A stretch of DNA of 64,000 nucleotides, from positions 3,664 through 67,663 of the forward strand of contig CAZUDV010000018.1 in the NCBI GenBank assembly GCA_964619555.1. The letters are read 5' to 3'. This document shows positions 29,152 to 37,956 of the stretch, piece after piece. Source of the DNA: an uncultured Bacteroidales bacterium (GTDB taxonomy: Bacteria; Bacteroidota; Bacteroidia; Bacteroidales; JAGOPY01). Numbering within the stretch: position 1 is the first letter of the stretch; the number at the start of each line of letters is the position of its first letter. Under the pieces are notes generated by a model, which was not told where the DNA came from, made no database searches, and saw only the letters and a program-made list of their open reading frames with translations. The position numbers and the translations under genes are program-made.

Positions 29152-29714
29152 AGCGTATTTCCATCACCGGGCCCGAGTCAACCGGCAAATCCTGGCTGGC
29201 GGAAAAACTGGCGGCCTGTTATCAGACTTCCTGGGTGCCGGAATTTGCCAGGGAATATTTAATAAAGCTCGGACGGGAGTATAGGTTTGAGGATATTGTA
29301 GAAATTGCCAAAGGTCAATTAACGAAGGAAAGGGAACAAGAAGAGGAAGTGAATGAGAAAAATAACCGAATGATCTTTTGCGATACCGACCTGCTGGTAA
29401 CCCGGATATGGAGCGAATTCAAATATGGCCGGTGCGATCCCTGGATCTTGGAACAATTAAGAATCCATCGTTACGACCTATATTTGCTTTGTGACATCGA
29501 CCTGCCCTGGATGGAGGATCCTCTCAGGGAACATCCGGACAAACGGATGGAATTATTCAGTTTGTACAAGGCCGGCCTGGAAGCAATGCCTGTGAAATGG
29601 GCGGTGGTCAGCGGCCAGGGAGATACCAGGTTAAGCAATGCAATAGATATCGTGAACCGGACGTTTGGATTGGACAATCAGGTAACTCCCGTTGAAACTA
29701 TTGGCGTAAAGTAA
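29142..29714 (+). CDS. NadR-type ribosylnicotinamide kinase-like P-loop ATPase
   Basis: ISITGPESTGKSWLAEKLA Walker A at residues 6-24 and FCDTDLLVT Walker-B-like. TTG is the only in-frame start after the TGA at 29136. Confidence 0.75.
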   Translation: MNLKRISITGPESTGKSWLAEKLAACYQTSWVPEFAREYLIKLGREYRFEDIVEIAKGQLTKEREQEEEVNEKNNRMIFCDTDLLVTRIWSEFKYGRCDPWILEQLRIHRYDLYLLCDIDLPWMEDPLREHPDKRMELFSLYKAGLEAMPVKWAVVSGQGDTRLSNAIDIVNRTFGLDNQVTPVETIGVK

Positions 29715-29758
29715 AAAAATGGCAAACCGATTTTGACCTGAACATTTAACCAGAAAAA

Positions 29759-30946
29759 TTGACAGACAAGTCACACAAAGTTCTTTTTCTGCCCAGGTGG
29801 TATCCGCACCGGTATGATCCGATGCCGGGCCTCTTTATTGAACGGCATGCCCGCTCGGTGGCAGGTTATGTAAATGTTGCCATTCTTTATGTCCATCCCG
29901 ATAACCAAATTGACCCAGGGAAGGTGGAAATCCTTCAATCCGGGGATGAAGAGTTGTTTGAGATCCGGATCTATTACGGGGTAAGTCATTGCAGATGGTC
30001 CGCTCTTCGTGCCCTGATCAACCATTTCCGTTACCTGAAATGTCATTTGAAGGGACTGAAAATCATCAGGGAACAGATTGGCAGGCCGGACCTGTTACAC
30101 GTCAACGTGCTGACCCGGTTAGGGGTCCTGGCCATGTTCCATAAATGGGCGACCGGCACGCCGTACGTCATCACCGAGCACTGGACCCGTTATTTGCCTT
30201 TTATGGACAATTTCAGGGGAGGCCTGAGAAAAATAATGACCCGGATGGCTGTTCGCAATGCCTGCGCCGTTATGCCGGTAACCGATAATCTCAGGGACGC
30301 CATGGAAAAACATGGGCTTAAAAACCGCAACTACCAGATAATTCCGAATGTGGTCGATATGGAAATGTTCCGGATCGGCGCAGAAAAACAATCCCGGGAC
30401 CGTAAAAATTTTATCCATGTATCCTGTTTTGAAGACAAACAAAAGAATATCTCGGGAATCCTCAGGGTCCTGAAAAGGTTATCGGAAAAACGGACCGACT
30501 GGGAGTGCACCCTGATCGGCGATGGGATACATTTCGACCGGTTGAAGAAATACGCTGAAGAACTTGGGATTTTAGGGAATTTTGCCCGCTTTGATGGACT
30601 GAAGGAAAATGAAGACCTGGCCGGTCTGATGCGCCAGGCCTGTTTCCAGGTGATGTTCAGCAGGTTTGAGAACCTGCCGGTTGTCATTCTGGAAAGCCTG
30701 GCAAGCGGGGTGCCATTTTTATCCACTGATGTGGGCGGGATAAGGGAGCATCTGCTGCCGGATTTCGGTATCCTGATTCAAAGCGAAAATGAAGTTGAGT
30801 TGGAAGAAAAGATCAACTACATGCTCGACCATTATCAGGAATATGACAGGCGTGAACTGAGGGATTATGCACTTGCCCATTTCAGTAAAGAAGTGATCGG
30901 GAAAAAACTCTTCGGTGTATATAGCCAATGCTTTCCAAAATCCTGA
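29759..30946 (+). CDS. glycosyltransferase family 4
   Basis: C-terminal GT-B EX7E region (FENLPVVILESLASGVPFLSTDVGGIRE). TTG start. Confidence 0.85.
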   Translation: MTDKSHKVLFLPRWYPHRYDPMPGLFIERHARSVAGYVNVAILYVHPDNQIDPGKVEILQSGDEELFEIRIYYGVSHCRWSALRALINHFRYLKCHLKGLKIIREQIGRPDLLHVNVLTRLGVLAMFHKWATGTPYVITEHWTRYLPFMDNFRGGLRKIMTRMAVRNACAVMPVTDNLRDAMEKHGLKNRNYQIIPNVVDMEMFRIGAEKQSRDRKNFIHVSCFEDKQKNISGILRVLKRLSEKRTDWECTLIGDGIHFDRLKKYAEELGILGNFARFDGLKENEDLAGLMRQACFQVMFSRFENLPVVILESLASGVPFLSTDVGGIREHLLPDFGILIQSENEVELEEKINYMLDHYQEYDRRELRDYALAHFSKEVIGKKLFGVYSQCFPKS

Positions 30947-32160
30947 ACACATTCGGCGCAAAATCAATCACTGCACTCATCAACCTGCTGATTGCAGTCT
31001 TGCTTTCCCGTTACCTGGGCCCCGACGGTAAAGGGATACAGAGCCTGATCCTTACGACCATCACCCTGATACTGGTTTTTGCAAACCTGGTGGGCGGGGC
31101 CACCCTGGTGTACCTCGTACCGCGATATCCGGTCGCCAAACTTATAGTTCCCGCTTATGCCTGGACACTTTTTACGGGAATCGTTTCAGCCTTGATACTC
31201 TGGTTTTTCCCCCTGGTCGAAAGGTCATTCATCCTCCATGTCTGCATCCTGTCGGTCCTGAATGCCATTACCTCAATCCACATTTCTGTAATGATTGGAA
31301 AGGAAAAGATCAACCAGGCCAACCACACTGGGCTTATCCAGCCCGTCACCCTGATCCTTGCCCTGTCGGTTTTCTTTAAGATAACCAATCAACATTCCAT
31401 AAGTTCCTATATCAACTCACTCTATATTTCATTTATTTCAAGCCTGATAATCAGCATCTTCTGGTTCAGGAAGTGCAGCGGACCCATGACAATCTTCCCG
31501 GTACGGGATTATCTCCTGATATCCCGGGATATGGTACGTTACGGGGCATTGAATCAGGTGGCCCATATTACCCAGATGTTAAGCTTCAGGCTAAGTTACT
31601 ACGTTTTGGATCAACATCACGGTGCAGGGGCTGTCGGGGTTTATTCGAACGGTATTTCTCTTGCCGAATCGATCTGGCTAATTGCGAAAAGCATTTCCCT
31701 GGTGCAATACGCCAGAATTTCGAATCTGAATGACCGGGAAGAATCGGCCAGGTTAACCATTAAATTCGCCAAAGCCAGCCTGATTGTGAGTCTGGTGCTC
31801 ATAGCCATCCTTGCGCTGATGCCTGCCAGATTTTATACCTTGCTATTCGGAGAAGGTTTTGAAGATATTCGCCTTGTCATCTGGGCATTGGCTCCCGGCG
31901 TCCTTTTCTATAATTATTCAATCCTGATCGGCCATTATTTCTCAGGCACCGGGAGGTACCATATCAATGCTATCACTTCCTCAGTGGGGCTGGTGTTCTC
32001 CGTTATCCTTTACTTCACCCTGATCCCCTCATACGGTTATTTGGGGGCCGGCCTGGCAACTTCAGCTTCATACCTCATCACGAGCATTCTTTTCATCCTG
32101 TGGTTCAGCAGGGATTACCGGAAATGGTACTCGCTCTTCCTGCCGTCTTTCAGATCTTAG
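30928..32160 (+). CDS. polysaccharide/oligosaccharide flippase (Wzx-like, MOP superfamily)
   Basis: 410 aa, about 12 TM helices, overlapping the GT4 gene by 19 nt. Confidence 0.7.
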   Translation: MLSKILNTFGAKSITALINLLIAVLLSRYLGPDGKGIQSLILTTITLILVFANLVGGATLVYLVPRYPVAKLIVPAYAWTLFTGIVSALILWFFPLVERSFILHVCILSVLNAITSIHISVMIGKEKINQANHTGLIQPVTLILALSVFFKITNQHSISSYINSLYISFISSLIISIFWFRKCSGPMTIFPVRDYLLISRDMVRYGALNQVAHITQMLSFRLSYYVLDQHHGAGAVGVYSNGISLAESIWLIAKSISLVQYARISNLNDREESARLTIKFAKASLIVSLVLIAILALMPARFYTLLFGEGFEDIRLVIWALAPGVLFYNYSILIGHYFSGTGRYHINAITSSVGLVFSVILYFTLIPSYGYLGAGLATSASYLITSILFILWFSRDYRKWYSLFLPSFRS

Positions 32161-32938
32161 CTGCCTGGACATGCATCCAGTCGTAATTCCTGTCACGGCC
32201 AAGGCTTACCCAACCTTCCGCTTCCCAGAACTCCCACCATTTCTCATACTCCGGACGGGCAAATACGGCCTTGTCCCTTCCCCACTCTAATTTGTTACGG
32301 TTCGGGTCAAAATCAACGGCGATACCCCAGCTATGCATCGACCAGCGGGTACCGCCCCGGATCGGACGTTCATTATAGCATCCTCCGAACCAATCCAATC
32401 TCAGCTCCCTGATCTGATCCAAACCATAATGGTCAAGTACCCTGGCCAGTACCCGCTTGGCGCTGTCATGCACCTTCTGGTGGCAGGAAAAAGCCTGGAT
32501 GACCGTCGAAGTATCCCAGGCCAGCTTCATCGGATAGGGCAATTGAAGCTTCACCAGGCTGGAGCCCCTCGAACCGTAGAAGGAATCGAATTGCGAGGTA
32601 TACTGGACCGGCCAGAGATTCGGATTCATCGGGGTACGGTCCTCCGGCCGCCAGGGCTTAGGCAGTTCACCATGTTCCAGGAAATAAACATATTGGTTAT
32701 AGGCATTTTCCGTGTCAGGTCCCCAATAACCGTCAATGTCCCCTGGATTTATACCATTGGACTTGCATAATAATTGCACAAATCCTACAATTTTCCGCTT
32801 TAGCACCCAGGTGAGGTCCATTCCCGGGTATTTATTCAGTGCTTTTTCGGTCTCCTCTGCCGCAACTCCGTCAATATCACCGCTGTATAATCCTAATTTC
32901 TTCAGCTCGGTCTGGACAAATTCAATTCTCTTTTTCAT
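32150..32938 (-). CDS. M15-family peptidoglycan peptidase with N-terminal peptidoglycan-binding repeats
   Basis: Two PG-binding-like repeats (LGLYSGDIDGVAAEETEKAL; GINPGDIDGYWGPDTENAY) and the S-x-H-x-x-G-x-A-x-D zinc site (WSMHSWGIAVDFD). Start trimmed to MKKRIEF. Confidence 0.8.
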   Translation of the reverse strand: MKKRIEFVQTELKKLGLYSGDIDGVAAEETEKALNKYPGMDLTWVLKRKIVGFVQLLCKSNGINPGDIDGYWGPDTENAYNQYVYFLEHGELPKPWRPEDRTPMNPNLWPVQYTSQFDSFYGSRGSSLVKLQLPYPMKLAWDTSTVIQAFSCHQKVHDSAKRVLARVLDHYGLDQIRELRLDWFGGCYNERPIRGGTRWSMHSWGIAVDFDPNRNKLEWGRDKAVFARPEYEKWWEFWEAEGWVSLGRDRNYDWMHVQAAKI

Positions 32939-33142
32939 GGTCTTTAATTTGTTTGGCTTGACAATTAGAAAGGGGGTGGTCAATCCTACGAAGTTACGCA
33001 TTAATAAATATGGAAATCAAGGGAATCTTGTTAAAGATTTGTTAAGTAAGGATTGTACTATGCTGCAAGAAAATCATGGTTTTTTCCACCATTCCAGGCA
33101 ACATCTTCCCTATTCAACCGATCTTCGCAAGGGATAATTTGG

Positions 33143-33150
33143 TATTTTTG
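33143..33150 (+). promoter_or_regulatory. candidate -7 box (TATTTTTG) for osmC
   Basis: Exact TAnnTTTG match 64 nt upstream of the ATG at 33214. Confidence 0.35.
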
Positions 33151-33213
33151 CATCTCCATCCGGTAAAGAATTCCGGATATTAAAGAGAAATAAGTCTTAC
33201 CAAAAACAACGAA

Positions 33214-33648
33214 ATGAAACGTAAAGCAACAGCCATCTGGCAGGGTAGCGGAATGGAAGGCAAGGGTAGCCTGAATTCGACCAGCGGGGTATTTAATGAC
33301 ACTCCATATTCTTTCACAACCAGGTTTAAAAATGAAGACGGCAAAGCCGGAACCAATCCGGAGGAACTTATTGCTGCGGCTCACGCAGGATGTTTTGCCA
33401 TGGCACTCAGCTTTGGACTGACTGGCGCGGGTTTTGTCCCGACGGAATTGAAAGTGGAAGCAGCCGTCAATTTGGAACATATGGTCGATCACTTTGAAAT
33501 CACCGGCGTTCACCTGGAACTTACCGGCAAGGTCCCGGGAATTTCCGAAGAGAAATTCCTCGAAATAGCAGGCGCGGCCAAGGCAAATTGTCCCGTTTCC
33601 AAAGCTTTGAAAGCATTGGATATAACCCTTTCGGCGAAATTAGCCTGA
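33214..33648 (+). CDS. osmC: OsmC-family peroxiredoxin
   Basis: ELIAAAHAGCFAMAL and AKANCPVSKAL, the two catalytic Cys contexts. Confidence 0.9.
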   Translation: MKRKATAIWQGSGMEGKGSLNSTSGVFNDTPYSFTTRFKNEDGKAGTNPEELIAAAHAGCFAMALSFGLTGAGFVPTELKVEAAVNLEHMVDHFEITGVHLELTGKVPGISEEKFLEIAGAAKANCPVSKALKALDITLSAKLA

Positions 33649-33705
33649 TTGACGCACTCTGGCAGGGTCTTTGATCAAATCGATTGAACATAACATATAG
33701 ATAAA

Positions 33706-34362
33706 ATGAAAAAACTTACAGTTCTGATTTTATTATTAGCGGGTATATTCCTGGCCCCGCAGGTCATCGCACAGGTGGATTCGCAGGATAAAGCGAAAGA
33801 TCAGAAAACCGAACAAAAAGATGAAAATAAATCAGGAGATAAATCGGTTCCTGCGGTACAGAGCAGCAAAAATGCCCCTGGTACGGCCACTTCAGGAAGC
33901 TCTTCGAAATCAAAAGGAAGCAAAGGCGATAAGGGAACCGTTCAAAGCAGCGGAATGACGAGTGCCAACGCCCCTAAAACAGGCAAAATGTTTGATGCGA
34001 AGGGAAATCTCCTGATGACCATTGACCAGGGAGGATGGATACGGAATCCCAAAAACCGGTTGCTTGGCCAGTACACCCAGGATGGGCAGTATTACACCAA
34101 GAACAGGGCCCTGGCCGGCACGGTCGAAAATGGTGTCATCCGTGACAGGAATGGTAAAATATTTGCCCGGATCAGCCAGGACGGAAAAATAACCGATGCC
34201 AGCGGCAACCTGATGGGAACCGTAAATGCTGACGGTACCGTGCTCGATTCCCGGAATGCCAAAATCGGCTCCTCACAGGGAGTGGAAAAGAATGTGGCAG
34301 CGATCATGTTCTTTTTTGCCAAACCGTCGCAAAGCGGTACGGCCGGTTCTTCCAGGAAGTGA
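33706..34362 (+). CDS. secreted repeat protein, hypothetical
   Basis: Signal peptide, a K/S/G-rich low-complexity region, then repeated G.I.D..G...G.V..DG motifs. Confidence 0.55.
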   Translation: MKKLTVLILLLAGIFLAPQVIAQVDSQDKAKDQKTEQKDENKSGDKSVPAVQSSKNAPGTATSGSSSKSKGSKGDKGTVQSSGMTSANAPKTGKMFDAKGNLLMTIDQGGWIRNPKNRLLGQYTQDGQYYTKNRALAGTVENGVIRDRNGKIFARISQDGKITDASGNLMGTVNADGTVLDSRNAKIGSSQGVEKNVAAIMFFFAKPSQSGTAGSSRK

Positions 34363-34372
34363 CCTTCAGGAA

Positions 34373-35083
34373 CTAAAACAAAACACCCACTCCAAGCTCA
34401 ATGAAATTCAGTGATCCTTTCTGTTCAATGGAAGGATCCACTGAATTTTCGCCTAACAGATTATCGAACAGGTTACTGTCGTAAGTGAGTTCCACAATCA
34501 TCGACGTAGTGCCTTTTAATGTGATCATGGCGCCTCCGCCAAGGATCAGGGACTCCCGGATAAATGAAATTTCATCTTTGATGTCGATCTTATCCTTTTC
34601 ATAAGGATCCTCCAACTTGTTAAGGGGATCGATCGAATCATCAGCCTTAGCTTTTAACCGGATCCCGGTGCCCAATCCTATCTTGCCGAACAGGAAGAAA
34701 TTTTCCTTGATCTCCGTTTTCATTTTAAATGTAACGGGAATCTGTAAGTACTGCAAATGATAGGTTCTGGTAAGCAATCCCTGGATTGAATCCATCATTC
34801 CATCGTCTGTTTCATAAATCCGGAATTCCGGGTAGGACAGCTTTCCGCCAAGGTATTGTACATTGAAGCCAGACTGTAGGGCATAATTTTCGGTGAAATT
34901 ATATTCTGCCAGAAAGCCCCAGGCAAATCCTCCCCTGATTCCTTCACCTTCGTAGTCTTCAGCGTTGGGATGCAACCAGTCAATACTGGCTCCCAAACGG
35001 AATCCAAACGCAAAATCCTTTTCCTGAGCAAACAACTGGACCGTAATAACCAGTAATACGATTGTTAGGTAAAACTTCTTCAT
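34373..35083 (-). CDS. outer-membrane beta-barrel protein (porin-family/PorT-like)
   Basis: Signal peptide, alternating amphipathic strands and a terminal ...ELGVGVLF with C-terminal Phe. Confidence 0.7.
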   Translation of the reverse strand: MKKFYLTIVLLVITVQLFAQEKDFAFGFRLGASIDWLHPNAEDYEGEGIRGGFAWGFLAEYNFTENYALQSGFNVQYLGGKLSYPEFRIYETDDGMMDSIQGLLTRTYHLQYLQIPVTFKMKTEIKENFFLFGKIGLGTGIRLKAKADDSIDPLNKLEDPYEKDKIDIKDEISFIRESLILGGGAMITLKGTTSMIVELTYDSNLFDNLLGENSVDPSIEQKGSLNFIELGVGVLF

Positions 35084-35168
35084 GATTTAAGATTAATTAA
35101 TTAATTGCCCCTAAAATTAATTGTTTTAATTTTAAGTGTTTCATTTTTTCAATATTAAAATAACAGTT

Positions 35169-35184
35169 CCCCCCCCCAAAAAAA
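35169..35184. repeat. homopolymer pair C9 A7
   Basis: ccccccccc (35169-35177) followed by aaaaaaa (35178-35184), ending 7 nt before the ATG at 35192. Confidence 0.95.
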
Positions 35185-35191
35185 CGGAAGG

Positions 35192-35761
35192 ATGGACAAA
35201 GAAATAATTACAGCCGTTGCCCTTGGAATAGGATTGGCCGCCAGTTGCGGTTTCAGGGTTTTCGTGCCGCTTTTCGCCGCGAGCATTGCTGCCCGCCTGG
35301 GTTTTTTCCCGCTGCAGGAAGGATTCTTGTGGCTCGCGAGCTGGCCGGCCATCATTTGTTTCGGCGCAGCAACTTTTGCGGAGATCCTTGCCTATTATAT
35401 CCCATTTATCGACAACCTCCTCGACAGCATAACCACCCCAATGGCCATAGGGGCAGGGACATTGCTGCTCACTTCCGTATTGCCAGTCGATGACGATATG
35501 CTGAAATGGGTCACGGGCTTGATCATTGGCGGCGGGGCCGCAGCCACCATCCAGGGGGGAAGCGTCCTGACCAGGCTGTTCTCAACCACTTCTTCCGCCG
35601 GCACCGGGAACCACCTGGTGACAACCGGTGAAAATACCGCAGCCATCGGCTCCTCCGTACTCACTTTTGTCATTCCTTTTGTAATCGCAGTTGCTTTTAT
35701 CCTCCTGGCGATTTTCATTATCGTGATGTTCGGAAAAAAAATACTGCCCAGATTGAGGTGA
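35192..35761 (+). CDS. DUF4126-family membrane protein
   Basis: Gly/Ala-rich multi-TM protein (GIGLAASCGFRVFVPLFAASIAARLG...). Confidence 0.7.
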   Translation: MDKEIITAVALGIGLAASCGFRVFVPLFAASIAARLGFFPLQEGFLWLASWPAIICFGAATFAEILAYYIPFIDNLLDSITTPMAIGAGTLLLTSVLPVDDDMLKWVTGLIIGGGAAATIQGGSVLTRLFSTTSSAGTGNHLVTTGENTAAIGSSVLTFVIPFVIAVAFILLAIFIIVMFGKKILPRLR

Positions 35762-35853
35762 TCATTCTGCGGAAAAATTAATTGTTCAGTATATTCTTAT
35801 AAAAATTGTAATTTTAAGATTTTAGTATCCACTTTCTTAAATTGGAGGTAATT

Positions 35854-36111
35854 ATGGGAATCTTATCATGGATCTTAATCGGACTGATTGCCGGCTTTCT
35901 GGCGAAATTCATTCTGCCCGGAGATGATCCCGGGGGTTTTATCGTGACGATCCTTATTGGAATTGCTGGTGGAGTTGTCGGCGGTTTCATCGGATCAGCC
36001 CTTGGACTGGGATCTGTTTCCGGTTTCGATATCCGAAGCCTGTTGCTGGCTGTCGGCGGATCAATCTTGTTGCTTTTGATTTACCGCATACTAAGAAGGA
36101 AGAAAACTTAG
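35854..36111 (+). CDS. GlsB/YeaQ/YmgE-family stress membrane protein
   Basis: MGILSWILIGLIAGFLAKFILPG...GIAGGVVGGFIG pattern. Confidence 0.85.
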   Translation: MGILSWILIGLIAGFLAKFILPGDDPGGFIVTILIGIAGGVVGGFIGSALGLGSVSGFDIRSLLLAVGGSILLLLIYRILRRKKT

Positions 36112-36113
36112 CC

Positions 36114-37583
36114 TTATTCCCCGATTACTTTGATCAGTTTACCTGCGGGGACGTTCGACGATAGCTCCAGATTATTCAACAGGGCCATTTCATTCATGCG
36201 GTTCTGAGGTACCCCGAGAGATTTAAACACCTCTGTGGCCGTGCCAGCTTTAGAAGCTTGTTTAACGACAATCTTCTTTGGCTTGACATTCAATTTTACA
36301 GGATCGGTCAGGGTATTAAAGGTCGTCATGGTGGTTTCAAAATTTCGGATGTAATTATTGAAATCGGGTTCCATTGTCACACCATGAAATACATAATGGT
36401 AATTATTGTAGGATATAAAGTACGATATTACCTTGAGGGCCTGTTGTTCGCCGGTATACGGATCCGTTGAAACCTGCCGGGAAATGGTGACCAGTGCGGG
36501 CAGTCCGTTTACCTTAATATTTTTGCTATTCTGAAGAGACAGGCCCAGGTCATTCAAAGTCGTCCAGGCGGCATCCTGCAACGAGGTTCCCCTGGCCATT
36601 GCAAAGACCATGAGGGCCCTGCCATCCGTATTGGAAATATTGACCTGGGCCGGGGTGTTCTCGAGTTTCCATCCGGGAGGAAATGCAAACCTGAACCTAA
36701 GATCGGGATGGTAGAAAGTATTGCCTTCCACGTAACCCTGCCGGGGATCTTCCCCGTAAACGATACCGTTGATCATTTTCAGGTAACTGTCGGAATTGAC
36801 TTTATAAGCTGCCAGGTTCAGGCTGTCCTGCCACCTGGATGCAAGTTGGTTGACGGTCTCGTAACGGTCTCCGGGATCCGGATGGGTTGAAAGGAAAGTG
36901 GGGACCCCGCCCTGCTCACTGGCCATTTGCATTTTCTGTAACACTTTAAAAAAATCCGCCATCTTGTGGGCATCAAACCCAATCTTCGTCGAGTATTCCA
37001 CCCCAAGCCGGTCTGCTTCCCGCTCATCATCCCGGCTGAACTTCAGAAAGAGCAATTCCATGCCAACCATCGCATAATCAGCATATTTCCGGAATTCTTC
37101 CGAGGCGATCATCCCCGCTACGATCAGCAATTGTCCGACCTGTTGCTTGCTCATCTGGCTGACGGAATGCCGGGCCGTGATATGACCCATTTCGTGACCG
37201 ATTATCCCGGCCAGTTCGGCCTCACTGTTGATCTGTGCGAGTATACCACGGGTCAGGTAGATATACCCGCCTGGTACTGCGAATGCATTGACCACCGGTG
37301 AATCCAGGACTTTGACATGAAAGTCCAGACCGGGCCAGTGGGATACTTTTGCCAGTTCGCTGCCCTTCTGCTGAACAATGGCCTGCAACTGGTCATCCTG
37401 ATACAATCCGAACGTCGCAATAACCTGGGGGTCATATTCTTTTCCCATCTGAATTTCCTGCGCCTCCGACATCAGCATGAACTGTTTCTTGCCGGTCACA
37501 TGACTTACGGCACAGGATAGACTCAGCAGGACCAGGATTAAAAAATTGATAATCCGCAATGAAAACGATCTATATGTATTCAT
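36114..37583 (-). CDS. M48-family zinc metalloprotease
   Basis: HEMGHITARH zinc motif and a signal/lipobox-like LSLSCA. Start trimmed to MNTYRS. Confidence 0.85.
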   Translation of the reverse strand: MNTYRSFSLRIINFLILVLLSLSCAVSHVTGKKQFMLMSEAQEIQMGKEYDPQVIATFGLYQDDQLQAIVQQKGSELAKVSHWPGLDFHVKVLDSPVVNAFAVPGGYIYLTRGILAQINSEAELAGIIGHEMGHITARHSVSQMSKQQVGQLLIVAGMIASEEFRKYADYAMVGMELLFLKFSRDDEREADRLGVEYSTKIGFDAHKMADFFKVLQKMQMASEQGGVPTFLSTHPDPGDRYETVNQLASRWQDSLNLAAYKVNSDSYLKMINGIVYGEDPRQGYVEGNTFYHPDLRFRFAFPPGWKLENTPAQVNISNTDGRALMVFAMARGTSLQDAAWTTLNDLGLSLQNSKNIKVNGLPALVTISRQVSTDPYTGEQQALKVISYFISYNNYHYVFHGVTMEPDFNNYIRNFETTMTTFNTLTDPVKLNVKPKKIVVKQASKAGTATEVFKSLGVPQNRMNEMALLNNLELSSNVPAGKLIKVIGE

Positions 37584-37956
37584 GATCAAACTTGTTAATT
37601 TGAAGATAGAAAGATACAAAATTTATTGGGAATTTCAAGTCCAAAAGGAAGCTCCTAAATATAACCCCCAGAAAGGCGGGTTGCCAGTTCGGGGGGCTAC
37701 AAAAAAAATCTCTCAAAAATTCTATTGCTATGAATGAAAGATTACGCCAAAGATAGTTAAATTCATTCCGGAAAGCAAGGAAAAACTCATTTAAATGATA
37801 ATCAATGTGATATTTATTTTAAAAATAATCTCAAACACCTTGAGGAATATGAGTTCCTTTGAAATTGACCTATTTTTGAACGGTGTTTTTAATCCTGACC
37901 GATGAAAAACAATTAAGTCGTGACTGTCTCATGAAAAATAATCCAAACTGAAGGCT

